Assembly: GCA_002747875.1 (NCBI GenBank)
Contig: PDQT01000295.1
Location: 1 to 52,981, forward strand
DNA from: a bacterium DOLZORAL124_64_63
GTDB taxonomy: Bacteria; Krumholzibacteriota; Krumholzibacteriia; LZORAL124-64-63
DNA length: 52,981 bases
Reading direction: 5' to 3'
The position numbers and the translations under genes are program-made. Below the pieces are notes generated by a model. The model was given only the letters and a program-made list of their open reading frames with translations. It searched no databases and was not told where the DNA came from. Shown here piece after piece: positions 22,726-31,596 of the stretch; the stretch's first letter is position 1, and each line of letters opens with the position of its first letter.

Positions 22726-25700
22726 TCATCCCTGAAACGCCTCCCTAAACCGGGCCAGCACGGGCACCGCGTCCATGGCCGGCAAATCCCCCACCACGCA
22801 AAGCCTGGCCCGCGCCCGGCTGAGGGCCACGTTCACGCGCCGGGCGTCGCGGTAGACGCGCGGCGTGTGCCCGGTATGAGAATCCAGGCAAAGGGACAGG
22901 AAAATGAGATCCCGCTCATCTCCCTGGAAACGGTCCACCGAGTTGATGACCATCTCCCAGAAATCCCCGTCACCGTATTCTGCCAGCATTTCTTCCGCCT
23001 GCCGCCGCAGCAACGCCACCTGCCGCCGATAGGGGGCGATGATACCGATACGCGGCCGGCCCACCGCATCCCGCGCTTCCAGCCCCGCCTCTAGGGCCGT
23101 CTTCAGCGTCTCGACGATGGTCTCGGCTTCCTGCGGAAACACCCGCGCCTGCCGCGCTCCGTCCCCGAGGGGGCAGTGTACCAGGGAAACCGTCGCGGCG
23201 TCTTCTTCGCCCGGCAGGACATGCTCGGCGCAGGAGGGGGCGCTGGTCAGCTTGCCGTCATAGAACTCCCGGCTGATGAACGTCCCCAGGTCCGGCGGCA
23301 TGCGGTGCTGCACGCCCAGGCTCACCAGCAGATCCGGTCGATCCGGCAGGGACATGGCCAGGCTCTCGAACAGGGTGCGCTGCAGGACCTGGGCGTCATC
23401 GGCCAGAATCACCGGGGGCAGCTGCTGGTGGTCTCCCACCAGAATCCAGCGCGGCGCCAGGCGCAGCACGCCCACCATGGCCGGGGTGATGATTTGCGCC
23501 GCCTCGTCCACCACCGCCACATCGAAGGGGAAGCCGCCGGTGGCACCGGAGCGGCCCAGATTGTCGTAGGCGCCGGAGATCCACGTCTGCACCGTGCCCA
23601 CATAGATGGCGGGTTCGGCCAGCAGGTCCTGCACGTCCCGGGCGTGGTCGCCGACCTCTCGCACCACGTCCGGCCCGCGGGCGCCTTCGGCCGGCAGGGG
23701 ACGGTTTCTCTGCAGGATGCTGTCCAGGCAGCGGTCCGCAAAGCGGGCGCTGGTGGCGTCCACGCGGCCCAGCTTGCGCACCGGCACCTCCGCTGCCGGA
23801 TCATGCAGCTTGGCCATGACCTCTTCGGCGGCGCGATGGGTGTAGGTGGCCACCAGCACGCGCTTGCCGGCGTTGGCCAGCTCGCGCACCATGCAGGCCA
23901 AGGTCAGGGTTTTGCCGGTGCCGGGCGGTCCCTGCACCAGCAGAAGTTTTTCCAGGCCGCGGGCCAGGGCCACGGCCCGCTTCTGATCCGGCAGAAGCGC
24001 CGGACCCGCTGGTTGGCCATCGCTTCCAGCCACCTGGGTGTTGGCCGGCCACCGGGGGTCCTGGCCTCGCAGGTGCCGGCGCACCGGGGCCAGGCTCTCG
24101 TGCACCACGGCATCCCGCGACCAGAGCTGATACAGCGCCGCGAAGTTGCGCGCGAAGGCCGTCTCAGGCGAATTGGCGTCCAGATAACAGGGCTGGAACC
24201 AGGGCTCGCGCACGCCCTTGGGCAGCCGTACCGCCGCCCCTTCCTTGTCGATGGACGCCACCCAGACCTCCAGCACCGAGTGTCCCAGCACCCCGGCCTC
24301 ATCGCTCAGCAGGCAGGGTTCGCCCTCGCGGATTTCGGTGGTGTTGCCGGCGGGGAAGCTCAGCCGGAGGATGCGCCTTTGCGGGTCCAGGCCCACGGTG
24401 CGCACGGATACGCAGCGGCCGTCGGCCACCCGCTTTTCCAGGGGATCCAGGAGGGTGCGCCCGTGCTCGCAGCGCAGGGTGCGGAATTCGTGCAGCAGGG
24501 CCTGGTTGAAGTTTCGGAAAAGATCCCGGTCCCGGTCCGTGAAACTGTCGCGCGCCAGATCCTGGGCCAGGGATGGCGCCGCCGTCGGGCCCCCGTCCAG
24601 GCCGATGTGGTGCAGATCCAGACACGTTTCCGCCTTCTTCAGGCGCACGCAGGCCCGGCACTTGTTGTCGTTGGTGTTGAAATCCAGGGTGCCGGTGATG
24701 TCGATGCGCACCAGATCGTTGCGCAGGTTCACGTGTTCCAGGACTTCCCGGGCCCCGAAGGAGACGTTCTTCAACGTGGCGCGCGGGGGCAGGGCCGCGG
24801 CTCTGTCGCGCAGCCGCGCCGCGCCGTCGCCGGTGTACAGGACGCCGGGCGGGTCCAGCCGCGTGAAGCCCGCGCGCAGCAACAGCAGCTGGTAGGCGGC
24901 CACCTGGTAGGCGTGCCCCCGGTTGGCCTTTTGCCCCCAGGATTTGCCCGTTTTCAATTCCAGGGCTTGCCAGCGGCCGTTCTTCTTGCGGACCAGGGCG
25001 TCGATCTTGCCCTTCAGGCCCAGTTCCGGGTCCAGGAAGAAGCGCTCGGCGAAAACCTCCTCGATCTCCTGGTTCTGGTGCAGCCAATTCACGCTCCGAA
25101 ACAGGGTGTTCAGGTGGTGTCGAGAATCCTGGAAGACGGCATGCGGATCCGTTCCGGCCATCACCATCTGGGGCACCTGTCTGTGCAGGCTGCGGCCGAA
25201 GTGCCGCATCAGGGAGGCGCGGTCCTGGGGCTCTTGCAAGAGGGGCTCGAAGACTTCGTGCACCAGGTTGCCCCGGATCTGCGCCGGATGCAGATCCGGC
25301 ACCGAGTAGCGATCCATCAGATAGTTGCGCGGGCAGAAATCGAAGTGGGTCAGGGCCGAGACGTTGACCATGTAGCTGGGCAGCAGGGAAAGGAAGGTGG
25401 GCAGGCTGCCGGGATGCTGGGCGGGGCGCAAGGTGGCGCCTTTTGCGCTGGTGCTTTCCATGGTGGCGCCTTCCACGCTGGCACTTTTTACACTGGCGCC
25501 TTCCACCCTGGCGCCGTGCAGGGTGGCCTCCAGTTCCTCTTGCCGCACTTCCCGGGCCCAATGGGCCAGAATGTCCGCGGCGGCCTGCACGGTGCTTTCG
25601 TGGCCCTTGCCCAGGACCAATTCCGTGGCGTGCTCCGTTTGGTCGTCGCGGAAGCGCAACAGTAGCGCTCCCCGGGCGGGATCGGCTTCCTGCACGATCA

Positions 25701-25824
25701 CACGCACCACCGGCAGGGGGCTGTCGGGTTGGGGAGTCAGCCATGAGGAGCTAGGCACGGGGGAATCTCCGGAGGAAAAGGCCAAGGACGGTCGCCGGCA
25801 AATCTGCGGCGGTTGGGGGGCCAC
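22726..25824 (-). CDS. PD-(D/E)XK Fe-S (Cas4/AddB/Dna2-like) nuclease fused to a DNA2/NAM7(Upf1)-type SF1 helicase
   Basis: Nuclease: FCPRNY ... GKIDALV ... ALELKTGK ... YQVAAYQLL, plus the Cys cluster CRACVRLKKAETC. Helicase: VQGPPGTGKT, VVDEAAQ, LVGDHQQLPP, SVDRFQGDERDLIFLS and NVALSRAR. The track start is a GTG at 25824; the true start is uncertain. Confidence 0.8.
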   Translation of the reverse strand: MAPQPPQICRRPSLAFSSGDSPVPSSSWLTPQPDSPLPVVRVIVQEADPARGALLLRFRDDQTEHATELVLGKGHESTVQAAADILAHWAREVRQEELEATLHGARVEGASVKSASVEGATMESTSAKGATLRPAQHPGSLPTFLSLLPSYMVNVSALTHFDFCPRNYLMDRYSVPDLHPAQIRGNLVHEVFEPLLQEPQDRASLMRHFGRSLHRQVPQMVMAGTDPHAVFQDSRHHLNTLFRSVNWLHQNQEIEEVFAERFFLDPELGLKGKIDALVRKKNGRWQALELKTGKSWGQKANRGHAYQVAAYQLLLLRAGFTRLDPPGVLYTGDGAARLRDRAAALPPRATLKNVSFGAREVLEHVNLRNDLVRIDITGTLDFNTNDNKCRACVRLKKAETCLDLHHIGLDGGPTAAPSLAQDLARDSFTDRDRDLFRNFNQALLHEFRTLRCEHGRTLLDPLEKRVADGRCVSVRTVGLDPQRRILRLSFPAGNTTEIREGEPCLLSDEAGVLGHSVLEVWVASIDKEGAAVRLPKGVREPWFQPCYLDANSPETAFARNFAALYQLWSRDAVVHESLAPVRRHLRGQDPRWPANTQVAGSDGQPAGPALLPDQKRAVALARGLEKLLLVQGPPGTGKTLTLACMVRELANAGKRVLVATYTHRAAEEVMAKLHDPAAEVPVRKLGRVDATSARFADRCLDSILQRNRPLPAEGARGPDVVREVGDHARDVQDLLAEPAIYVGTVQTWISGAYDNLGRSGATGGFPFDVAVVDEAAQIITPAMVGVLRLAPRWILVGDHQQLPPVILADDAQVLQRTLFESLAMSLPDRPDLLVSLGVQHRMPPDLGTFISREFYDGKLTSAPSCAEHVLPGEEDAATVSLVHCPLGDGARQARVFPQEAETIVETLKTALEAGLEARDAVGRPRIGIIAPYRRQVALLRRQAEEMLAEYGDGDFWEMVINSVDRFQGDERDLIFLSLCLDSHTGHTPRVYRDARRVNVALSRARARLCVVGDLPAMDAVPVLARFREAFQG

Positions 25825-26012
25825 GTCAATGGGCCATTTTCATGGGGGCAAGGCGCGCGAACCAGACGCGCGAACAAGGCGCGCGGTTGTCCGGCAATTG
25901 ACGAAATCATGGCCGATGATTTCAAGATGATCTTTAGCCCGGATCGTTCATGAACAGACTACTGCGGTTGGCAGAATCCAACCTCGTGACGGATCTGCGT
26001 GAATACTCCGGG

Positions 26013-27119
26013 TCAACGGCCTTTCTGGGTCAACGGTCCTTTGGGGGCAACTCCCTTGGGTCTTACGTCCGTCTGGTGGTTTTTGCCGCGGGCGGGTTTC
26101 TGTTTGTCGTGGGCCCGTTGGTGGCAGGCGCTGCAGAGGGTGGTGAGGTTTTCTTCGGCGTTGGTGCCGCCTTGGCTGCGGGGCGTGATGTGGTGGATTT
26201 CCAAGAATCGGGTGTGCGGGCAACCGGGGGCTTGGCAGCGGTGTTGGTCGCGGGCTAGTACCCGCCGGCGGGTACTGGGCGGGATGGCGGATTTGTTGGG
26301 GCCGTCGCCGGTGGCGATGCGGGCGTCGCAGGCCAGTTTCTCGTATTCCGCAGGGGTGAGTTCGGTTTCACCGCGGCTGGTGGTGATATGGGATTTCTCG
26401 CACTCGGGGCAGTGATGGACGTGGATCTGGGTGTGGGGTTCTTTGGGGTTAGCCACGCTTCCGGAATCAGCCCGGCCTGCCAACGAGGCCATGGCCTCCA
26501 GAAGCATGATCGCCCGGTTTGAACCGGCCGCCGCGCCGCCCTGCTTCCCGATGGCCTCGACCAGCGCTTCGAAATGAGCCAACTGCTCGCTGGTCAGTTC
26601 GAAGGTGACCTTGTGGGTGAGGGCCACGGGGAGCGCTCCGGAGGGATGGGGGTTGGCCAATAATTCGCCTTGGGCTGGATTCTTTGCCCGCTCCCGTCTG
26701 GCCCGCTGCTTGGCCCGCTTCACCGTTTCGCGCAGTTCCTGGCGGCTCTTCTTCTTGGCCTCATTCAGCCAACGATTCTCGTTTTTCTCATCAGCCACCT
26801 TCACGATCTCCCGCGCCTTGGTGTAGCCGATCTTCCCCTCTTCCATCTCCTTCTTCAACCGGGGCAGCTTTTCCAGCTTCCGAGCCAGATGCAAAAAATC
26901 CCCCGTCCGCGTCTTGGAGAACTCCAACTCCACCGCTGCATACTGATAAACGGAGCCATACCCCAGTTTCTTATAAAGCTCCCTCTCGACAACCTCCTTG
27001 AACCACAAAACAGCACAATGCCGCGCCTGGTCCATGGCCCGTACGGCCTTCTTCAAACAAGCGCTAACCTCGGCGGCAGATTGATCAGGAACAAAAGAAT
27101 CAACAGCAATAATACTCAT
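26013..27119 (-). CDS. HNH endonuclease-domain protein, copy 2 (inverted paralog of 1861-2934)
   Basis: MSIIAVDSFVPDQSAAEVSACLKK ... CQAPGCPHTRFLEIHHITPRSQGGTNAEENLTTLCSACHQRAH. Collinear with copy 1 except for scattered substitutions and a different C-terminal tail after HDKQKPA. Confidence 0.8.
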   Translation of the reverse strand: MSIIAVDSFVPDQSAAEVSACLKKAVRAMDQARHCAVLWFKEVVERELYKKLGYGSVYQYAAVELEFSKTRTGDFLHLARKLEKLPRLKKEMEEGKIGYTKAREIVKVADEKNENRWLNEAKKKSRQELRETVKRAKQRARRERAKNPAQGELLANPHPSGALPVALTHKVTFELTSEQLAHFEALVEAIGKQGGAAAGSNRAIMLLEAMASLAGRADSGSVANPKEPHTQIHVHHCPECEKSHITTSRGETELTPAEYEKLACDARIATGDGPNKSAIPPSTRRRVLARDQHRCQAPGCPHTRFLEIHHITPRSQGGTNAEENLTTLCSACHQRAHDKQKPARGKNHQTDVRPKGVAPKGPLTQKGR

Positions 27120-27340
27120 GGCGAGCCTCAGCAATCTCTAGCATAAGTGGGCGGGAGGAGTGATAAAACCAATATACAAAACAAAACCAAAAAGCGCCAG
27201 TAAAATATTGCCCAAAAACCAATTATTCCCAACCCCAAACCCACAAATCAGCCACCACCCCACCCAAAACTACCCGCCGGCGGGCACCCGATGCCACAAA
27301 AAAACCGCCAATACCCACTCTGACTTCAACAAAGCCCCCG
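26091..27340. repeat. right arm of the approximately 1.25-kb inverted repeat (partner 1640-2890)
   Basis: See the left arm. The reverse complement of 27120-27290 aligns by eye with 1693-1860. Boundaries are approximate. Confidence 0.8.
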
Positions 27341-27618
27341 CAGCCTCCTCCCCCGGATACCCTCCATAAAACCGTAGCATCCACAAAAGAACTCCGACAA
27401 TTTTCTAAAACCAACCCATGTCGCTCCTTCATGAATAACCTGGGTTAGAGTCCAAGATCTGTGTAAGGCCGCTTCGCTGTACGGCACAACGCGCGAAACA
27501 ACCCCCAAGCGGAATGTCTCGCCAGCAGACATGTCGATAGCGGTTGCCACCAGCGGCCCCGGGCTCCATATTCGTCATGAATCAAAGTCTTCTCCAGCGG
27601 AACGAAGGGACATCCTCC

Positions 27619-28290
27619 ATGGAAATCGATATGAATCTTCTGCACCGTCTTTTCCGGGCCCACCCCTGGCATGGCGTCAGCATCGGCGAGGATGCTCCCG
27701 AGATGGTCAGCGCCTACATCGAGATCGTCCCGTCGGACACGGTAAAGTACGAGTTGGACAAGGCTTCCGGCTATCTGAAAATCGATCGTCCCCAGCAGTT
27801 TTCCAACGTGTACCCCACGCTGTACGGGCTGATCCCGCAGACTTACTGCGGCCCGCGCAGCGCCCAGTTCTGCATGGAAAAGACCAGCCGCACCGGCATC
27901 GTCGGTGATGCCGATCCCCTGGATATCTGCGTCCTGGCCGAGAAAACCATCAGCCACGGCGATATTTTCATTCCTGTACGGCCCATTGGCGGCCTGCGCA
28001 TGCTGGACGGCAACGAGGCCGACGACAAGATTATCGCCGTCTATCACGGCGATGCCATCTACGGGCACATGAAAGATATTTACGAATGCCCGCCGGCCAT
28101 GATCGACCGCCTCAAGCACTACTTCCTGACCTACAAGGACGCCCCGGGCAAGCGCGGCCGCCGCAACACCGAAATCACCCACGTCTACGGCCGCGAAGAG
28201 GCCCAGGACGTGATCGAATTCTGCCAACAGGACTACGCGGAGAAATACGGCGATCTGCAAGATCTGTTCGAAGGGTTGCGGGAGCGATAG
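27619..28290 (+). CDS. ppa: inorganic pyrophosphatase (family I)
   Basis: VSAYIEIVPSDTVKYELDK, GDADPLDICVL, RMLDGNEADDKIIAV and LKHYFLTYK fit soluble family I PPase motifs. Start ambiguous (27577, 27619 or 27631); 27619 has a GAAGGGA RBS-like element. Confidence 0.8.
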   Translation: MEIDMNLLHRLFRAHPWHGVSIGEDAPEMVSAYIEIVPSDTVKYELDKASGYLKIDRPQQFSNVYPTLYGLIPQTYCGPRSAQFCMEKTSRTGIVGDADPLDICVLAEKTISHGDIFIPVRPIGGLRMLDGNEADDKIIAVYHGDAIYGHMKDIYECPPAMIDRLKHYFLTYKDAPGKRGRRNTEITHVYGREEAQDVIEFCQQDYAEKYGDLQDLFEGLRER

Positions 28291-28411
28291 CCGTTTTTCC
28301 ACGATTTTTCAGGGCCCTCGGCGCTTCTTGGCGGGGGCCTTTTCCGTGCCCGGAACACTCCTTGCTCGACTTCCCGAAAAATTCCACCCCAGCCAACCGG
28401 GAGCGAGGTTC

Positions 28412-30304
28412 ATGAGCGCCGCCAAGACCGCCCTGTCCATCATCATCACCAGCCATAATCAGCTGAAAAATTTGAAATTGACCCTTCTGGCCCTGCTGGA
28501 CCAGAAACCCCGGGTCCCCACCGAGATCCTGGTGGCCGACTGCGGATCCACCGATGGCACCGGCCAGTTCCTGGAGCCCCTGGTGGAAAAAGGGACCATC
28601 CGGGTTCTGGCCTACGGCGCGGAGCGGGGCCGCACGGCGGCGCGCAACAAGGCCGCGGCGGAGGCCGGCGGACGGCACCTGATGTTCCTGGATCCGGGCA
28701 TCCTGGTGGGACCGGGCTGGTGGGAGCCCCTGTTCCGGGTGCTGGAAAAAGATCCTCAGGTGGCGGCGGTCTCGGGCAGGATCCTGCTACCGGACGGGAC
28801 CCTGGACCACGCCGGTCTTTCCCTGTTGCATCACGAGGCCCGCGCCGACGCGCGGCCCTGCCTGGGGTCCCGCACCGTGCACGCCGGCCGGCCCGGCGAC
28901 CATGCTCCGGCCGTCCAGTCCTTGCAGGGGCGCGCGGCCGCGGGCGAGGCGCTCATGACCCGCGCCACGGCCTTCTTCTCCGTGGGGGGCTTTTCCGCGC
29001 GGCTGGGGCGTGGGCACGGGGCCCGCAAGCCCGACTTCGCGGGCGATCCCTGCGGTGTGGATTTGGGCCTGCGCTACAGCCGGCGTGGCTGGAGCTGCGT
29101 CTACCAGCCGGACAGCATCATGACCCGGCTGCGTGGGCCGGGCACCGACAGCCAGGATTTCGAGCGGGACATGAGCACCCTGAGCCGCACTTGGCTGGAC
29201 CGCGTCCAGGCCGATTTCCGTATCACCGCCCAGGGCACGGTCACGCCCCTCAGCCCCGGCGGGGTGCGGGCCTATGTGGAGCCGATGCTGAATCTCGATG
29301 GAGCTCCGGCGCGTGGCCTGGTCGGCCGTGGCGGGCCCCGCACCCGGCCGGCGGCCAGCATCATTCTCGACGCGGGGGACGATCCGCGGAACATCCGGAA
29401 CGCCGTGGAAAACATCCTGGCCGGCACCCTGACCCACGCGGAACTGATTCTGCTGGATTCCGGGACGGACCCGGACTTGCCCGCCTACCTGAACGCGGTA
29501 GCGCCCCGGCGTTTGACCTGCCGCCTGCTACCGGCCGGGATCGGGGAGAACGGGAGCGAACGCTTGAACCAGGCCGAACGTCTGAACCGGGCCGAACGCC
29601 TGAACCAGGCCCTGGCCGTGGCCGAAGGCCGCCATCTGGTGCTGATGGATGGGCGCGCGCGGGTGGCCACCGGTTGGCTGGAGGCTCTGGTGGGGGTGGC
29701 CGAGATGAACCCCGAGGCGGGGCTGGTGGGTCCCGTGACCAATGGCCTGGAAGGCATGCAGCAGATCGGAGTAGCGGGCCTCGGCACCCAGGATAGGGGC
29801 CACGGGAATGGTGATGTCCAACCGGACGATGATCTGGAGACCATCGCCCTGCGCCAGATGTTGAACCACTCCGGCGACCACGTGCGCACCCTGCGCCTGG
29901 GTGGTTTCTGCCTGCTGATCAAGCGCGAGGTGCTGGTCCGCCTGGGCGGTCTGGATCGGCGTTTCGACGGCGGCCTCTATGAGTTCAACGACTACTGCCT
30001 ACGGGCCCAGATGGCCGGTTACCAGTGTCTTATCGCTCGTGGATGTTATGTGCATCAGGAGGGGCAGGCGCCGGCTCTTCCGGCCGGGCAGGAGCGTCTT
30101 CTGCAGCAGGAAACCCAGTGGGCGATTTTCAAACGCAAGTGGGGCATCCCCCTGAGCACACGTCTGGATGCGCGTCTGGATCTGGGCGCGGTGCTACGGG
30201 GCGGCTTCGACCCGCGCAAGCATTTCGAGACTTTGGCGGCGGCCTCGCGAACGATCAAGGAAGAGCGTTCCGCGCGGCGAGAGGCTGTGCAGGTCTCTAG
30301 TTGA
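28412..30304 (+). CDS. glycosyltransferase family 2 protein with two GT-A-like domains
   Basis: First domain LSIIITSHNQLKNLKLTLLALLDQ ... EILVADCGSTDGT ... LMFLDPG. Second domain ASIILDAGDD ... LILLDSGTD ... LVLMDGR ... GGFCLLIKREV. Contains an ERLNQA x3 repeat (29558-29611). Confidence 0.7.
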   Translation: MSAAKTALSIIITSHNQLKNLKLTLLALLDQKPRVPTEILVADCGSTDGTGQFLEPLVEKGTIRVLAYGAERGRTAARNKAAAEAGGRHLMFLDPGILVGPGWWEPLFRVLEKDPQVAAVSGRILLPDGTLDHAGLSLLHHEARADARPCLGSRTVHAGRPGDHAPAVQSLQGRAAAGEALMTRATAFFSVGGFSARLGRGHGARKPDFAGDPCGVDLGLRYSRRGWSCVYQPDSIMTRLRGPGTDSQDFERDMSTLSRTWLDRVQADFRITAQGTVTPLSPGGVRAYVEPMLNLDGAPARGLVGRGGPRTRPAASIILDAGDDPRNIRNAVENILAGTLTHAELILLDSGTDPDLPAYLNAVAPRRLTCRLLPAGIGENGSERLNQAERLNRAERLNQALAVAEGRHLVLMDGRARVATGWLEALVGVAEMNPEAGLVGPVTNGLEGMQQIGVAGLGTQDRGHGNGDVQPDDDLETIALRQMLNHSGDHVRTLRLGGFCLLIKREVLVRLGGLDRRFDGGLYEFNDYCLRAQMAGYQCLIARGCYVHQEGQAPALPAGQERLLQQETQWAIFKRKWGIPLSTRLDARLDLGAVLRGGFDPRKHFETLAAASRTIKEERSARREAVQVSS

Positions 30305-31583
30305 TGTATCCCAGAGATCGCAGCTGCTTGCGGATCTCCTCGTTCACGCTTTCATCCACCTGGACGCCGGGACCGGCCGCCGGGCGCAGGGGCATGTAGG
30401 TGGGCACGCGGTGGTCTTCCAGACGGGCCACCCGCTTGCGGCCTTCCGGAGTCAGGGCCTGGTCCAGGATGAGCCCCGGCATATCCTCGGCCGGCGGCAT
30501 GCCCAGCAAAGCCAGCAGGGTGGGGCAGATGTCCAGCAGTTCCAGCTGAGAGAAGCGGGCTCCGGCCTCGTACATGGGGCTGCGCACCAGGAAAATACCC
30601 CATTCACTGTGCTCGGCGGTGCCCTTGTCGCCGGTTTTGCGGGGGCCGTAGAAGCCGTGGTCGCTCACCACCACGGCCTGCCGGTCGGCGGGGAACCAGC
30701 TGAGGACCTCGCCCAGCACCGTGTCGGACCAATCGTAATACCGCTTCACGACCTGGCTGAAAGCGTCCAGCGCATCGGGCTTGGGATGGTAGGTCCCCTG
30801 TTCCGGGGTCAGGTACTTGTAGAAGTAGTGGCTGATCATGTCGGGACCGCGCAGGTAGAAGAAGAACAGATCGTAGGCATCGCCTCGGGCCAGTTCGCGG
30901 TTGATGTTCAGGTAGGTCAGGTCGGCCGCGAAAACCGATGCCAGCTTGTCCACCTCATGGGGATACTTCTCGCGGGCCATGGCCAGCTGTTGGGCGGGAA
31001 TGAACATGGCCAGCTGCTCGTCCGTCACCTCTTCGGCATCCACCCGTAGGCGCATGACCATTTCACTCAGGGAGTCGGGATAGCAGAGGCCTTCAAGGGG
31101 CTTTTGCCGGCCCTTGCTGTAGGGAACGTAGTCGCTGACCATGACTCCCGCGATGGGACGCGCAGGGTAGGTGGTCCACATGCCCACCAACGCGGTGCTG
31201 CGCTGAGCGGCACCCAGAATATCCCACAGGGCCGGTGCGTACCAGGCGCTGCTCGTCACCGGCTTGGCGTCTTGGCCCTTGACGAAATGGTGGATGCCGT
31301 GCACCGCCGGCTGCACCCCGGTGCAGATGCTGGCCCAGAGCACGGGCGACTTTTCCAGGGGGAAGAAGGTGCGCATGCGCCCGCTGGCGGAATTCTTACG
31401 GAAAGCCGCCAGATGGGGCAAACGGCCTTCCTTGAGCATGGGATCCAGCAGTCGCCAATCGGCGGAATCGATGCCGATGACCAGCAGTTTTTCCGCCGCC
31501 GCTGGCGCGTTCTTGTCTCCGGTGCCGCAGCCCGCGGCCACCAGCACCACGGTCATGAGACTCAGCCACCATATCTTTTTCAT
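30297..31583 (-). CDS. alkaline-phosphatase-superfamily (type I phosphodiesterase / nucleotide pyrophosphatase-like) lipoprotein
   Basis: Lipobox LVAAGCG. LLVIGIDSADWRLLDPMLKEGRLPHLAAF ... SPVLWASICTG ... HGI ... VVSDHGF is the AP/NPP metal-site pattern. Ends in EEIRKQLRSLGYIN. Confidence 0.7.
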   Translation of the reverse strand: MKKIWWLSLMTVVLVAAGCGTGDKNAPAAAEKLLVIGIDSADWRLLDPMLKEGRLPHLAAFRKNSASGRMRTFFPLEKSPVLWASICTGVQPAVHGIHHFVKGQDAKPVTSSAWYAPALWDILGAAQRSTALVGMWTTYPARPIAGVMVSDYVPYSKGRQKPLEGLCYPDSLSEMVMRLRVDAEEVTDEQLAMFIPAQQLAMAREKYPHEVDKLASVFAADLTYLNINRELARGDAYDLFFFYLRGPDMISHYFYKYLTPEQGTYHPKPDALDAFSQVVKRYYDWSDTVLGEVLSWFPADRQAVVVSDHGFYGPRKTGDKGTAEHSEWGIFLVRSPMYEAGARFSQLELLDICPTLLALLGMPPAEDMPGLILDQALTPEGRKRVARLEDHRVPTYMPLRPAAGPGVQVDESVNEEIRKQLRSLGYIN

Positions 31584-31596
31584 CGGACAACCTTCT

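Noticed and set aside
25825-26012. Short ORFs (25737-25925, 25948-26223, 25950-26258, 25999-26415) around the 3' end of HNH copy 2
   Set aside because: They mirror equivalent spurious frames beside copy 1 (2577-2954, 2722-2952, 2565-2795), are Pro/Arg-rich, and overlap the HNH frame.
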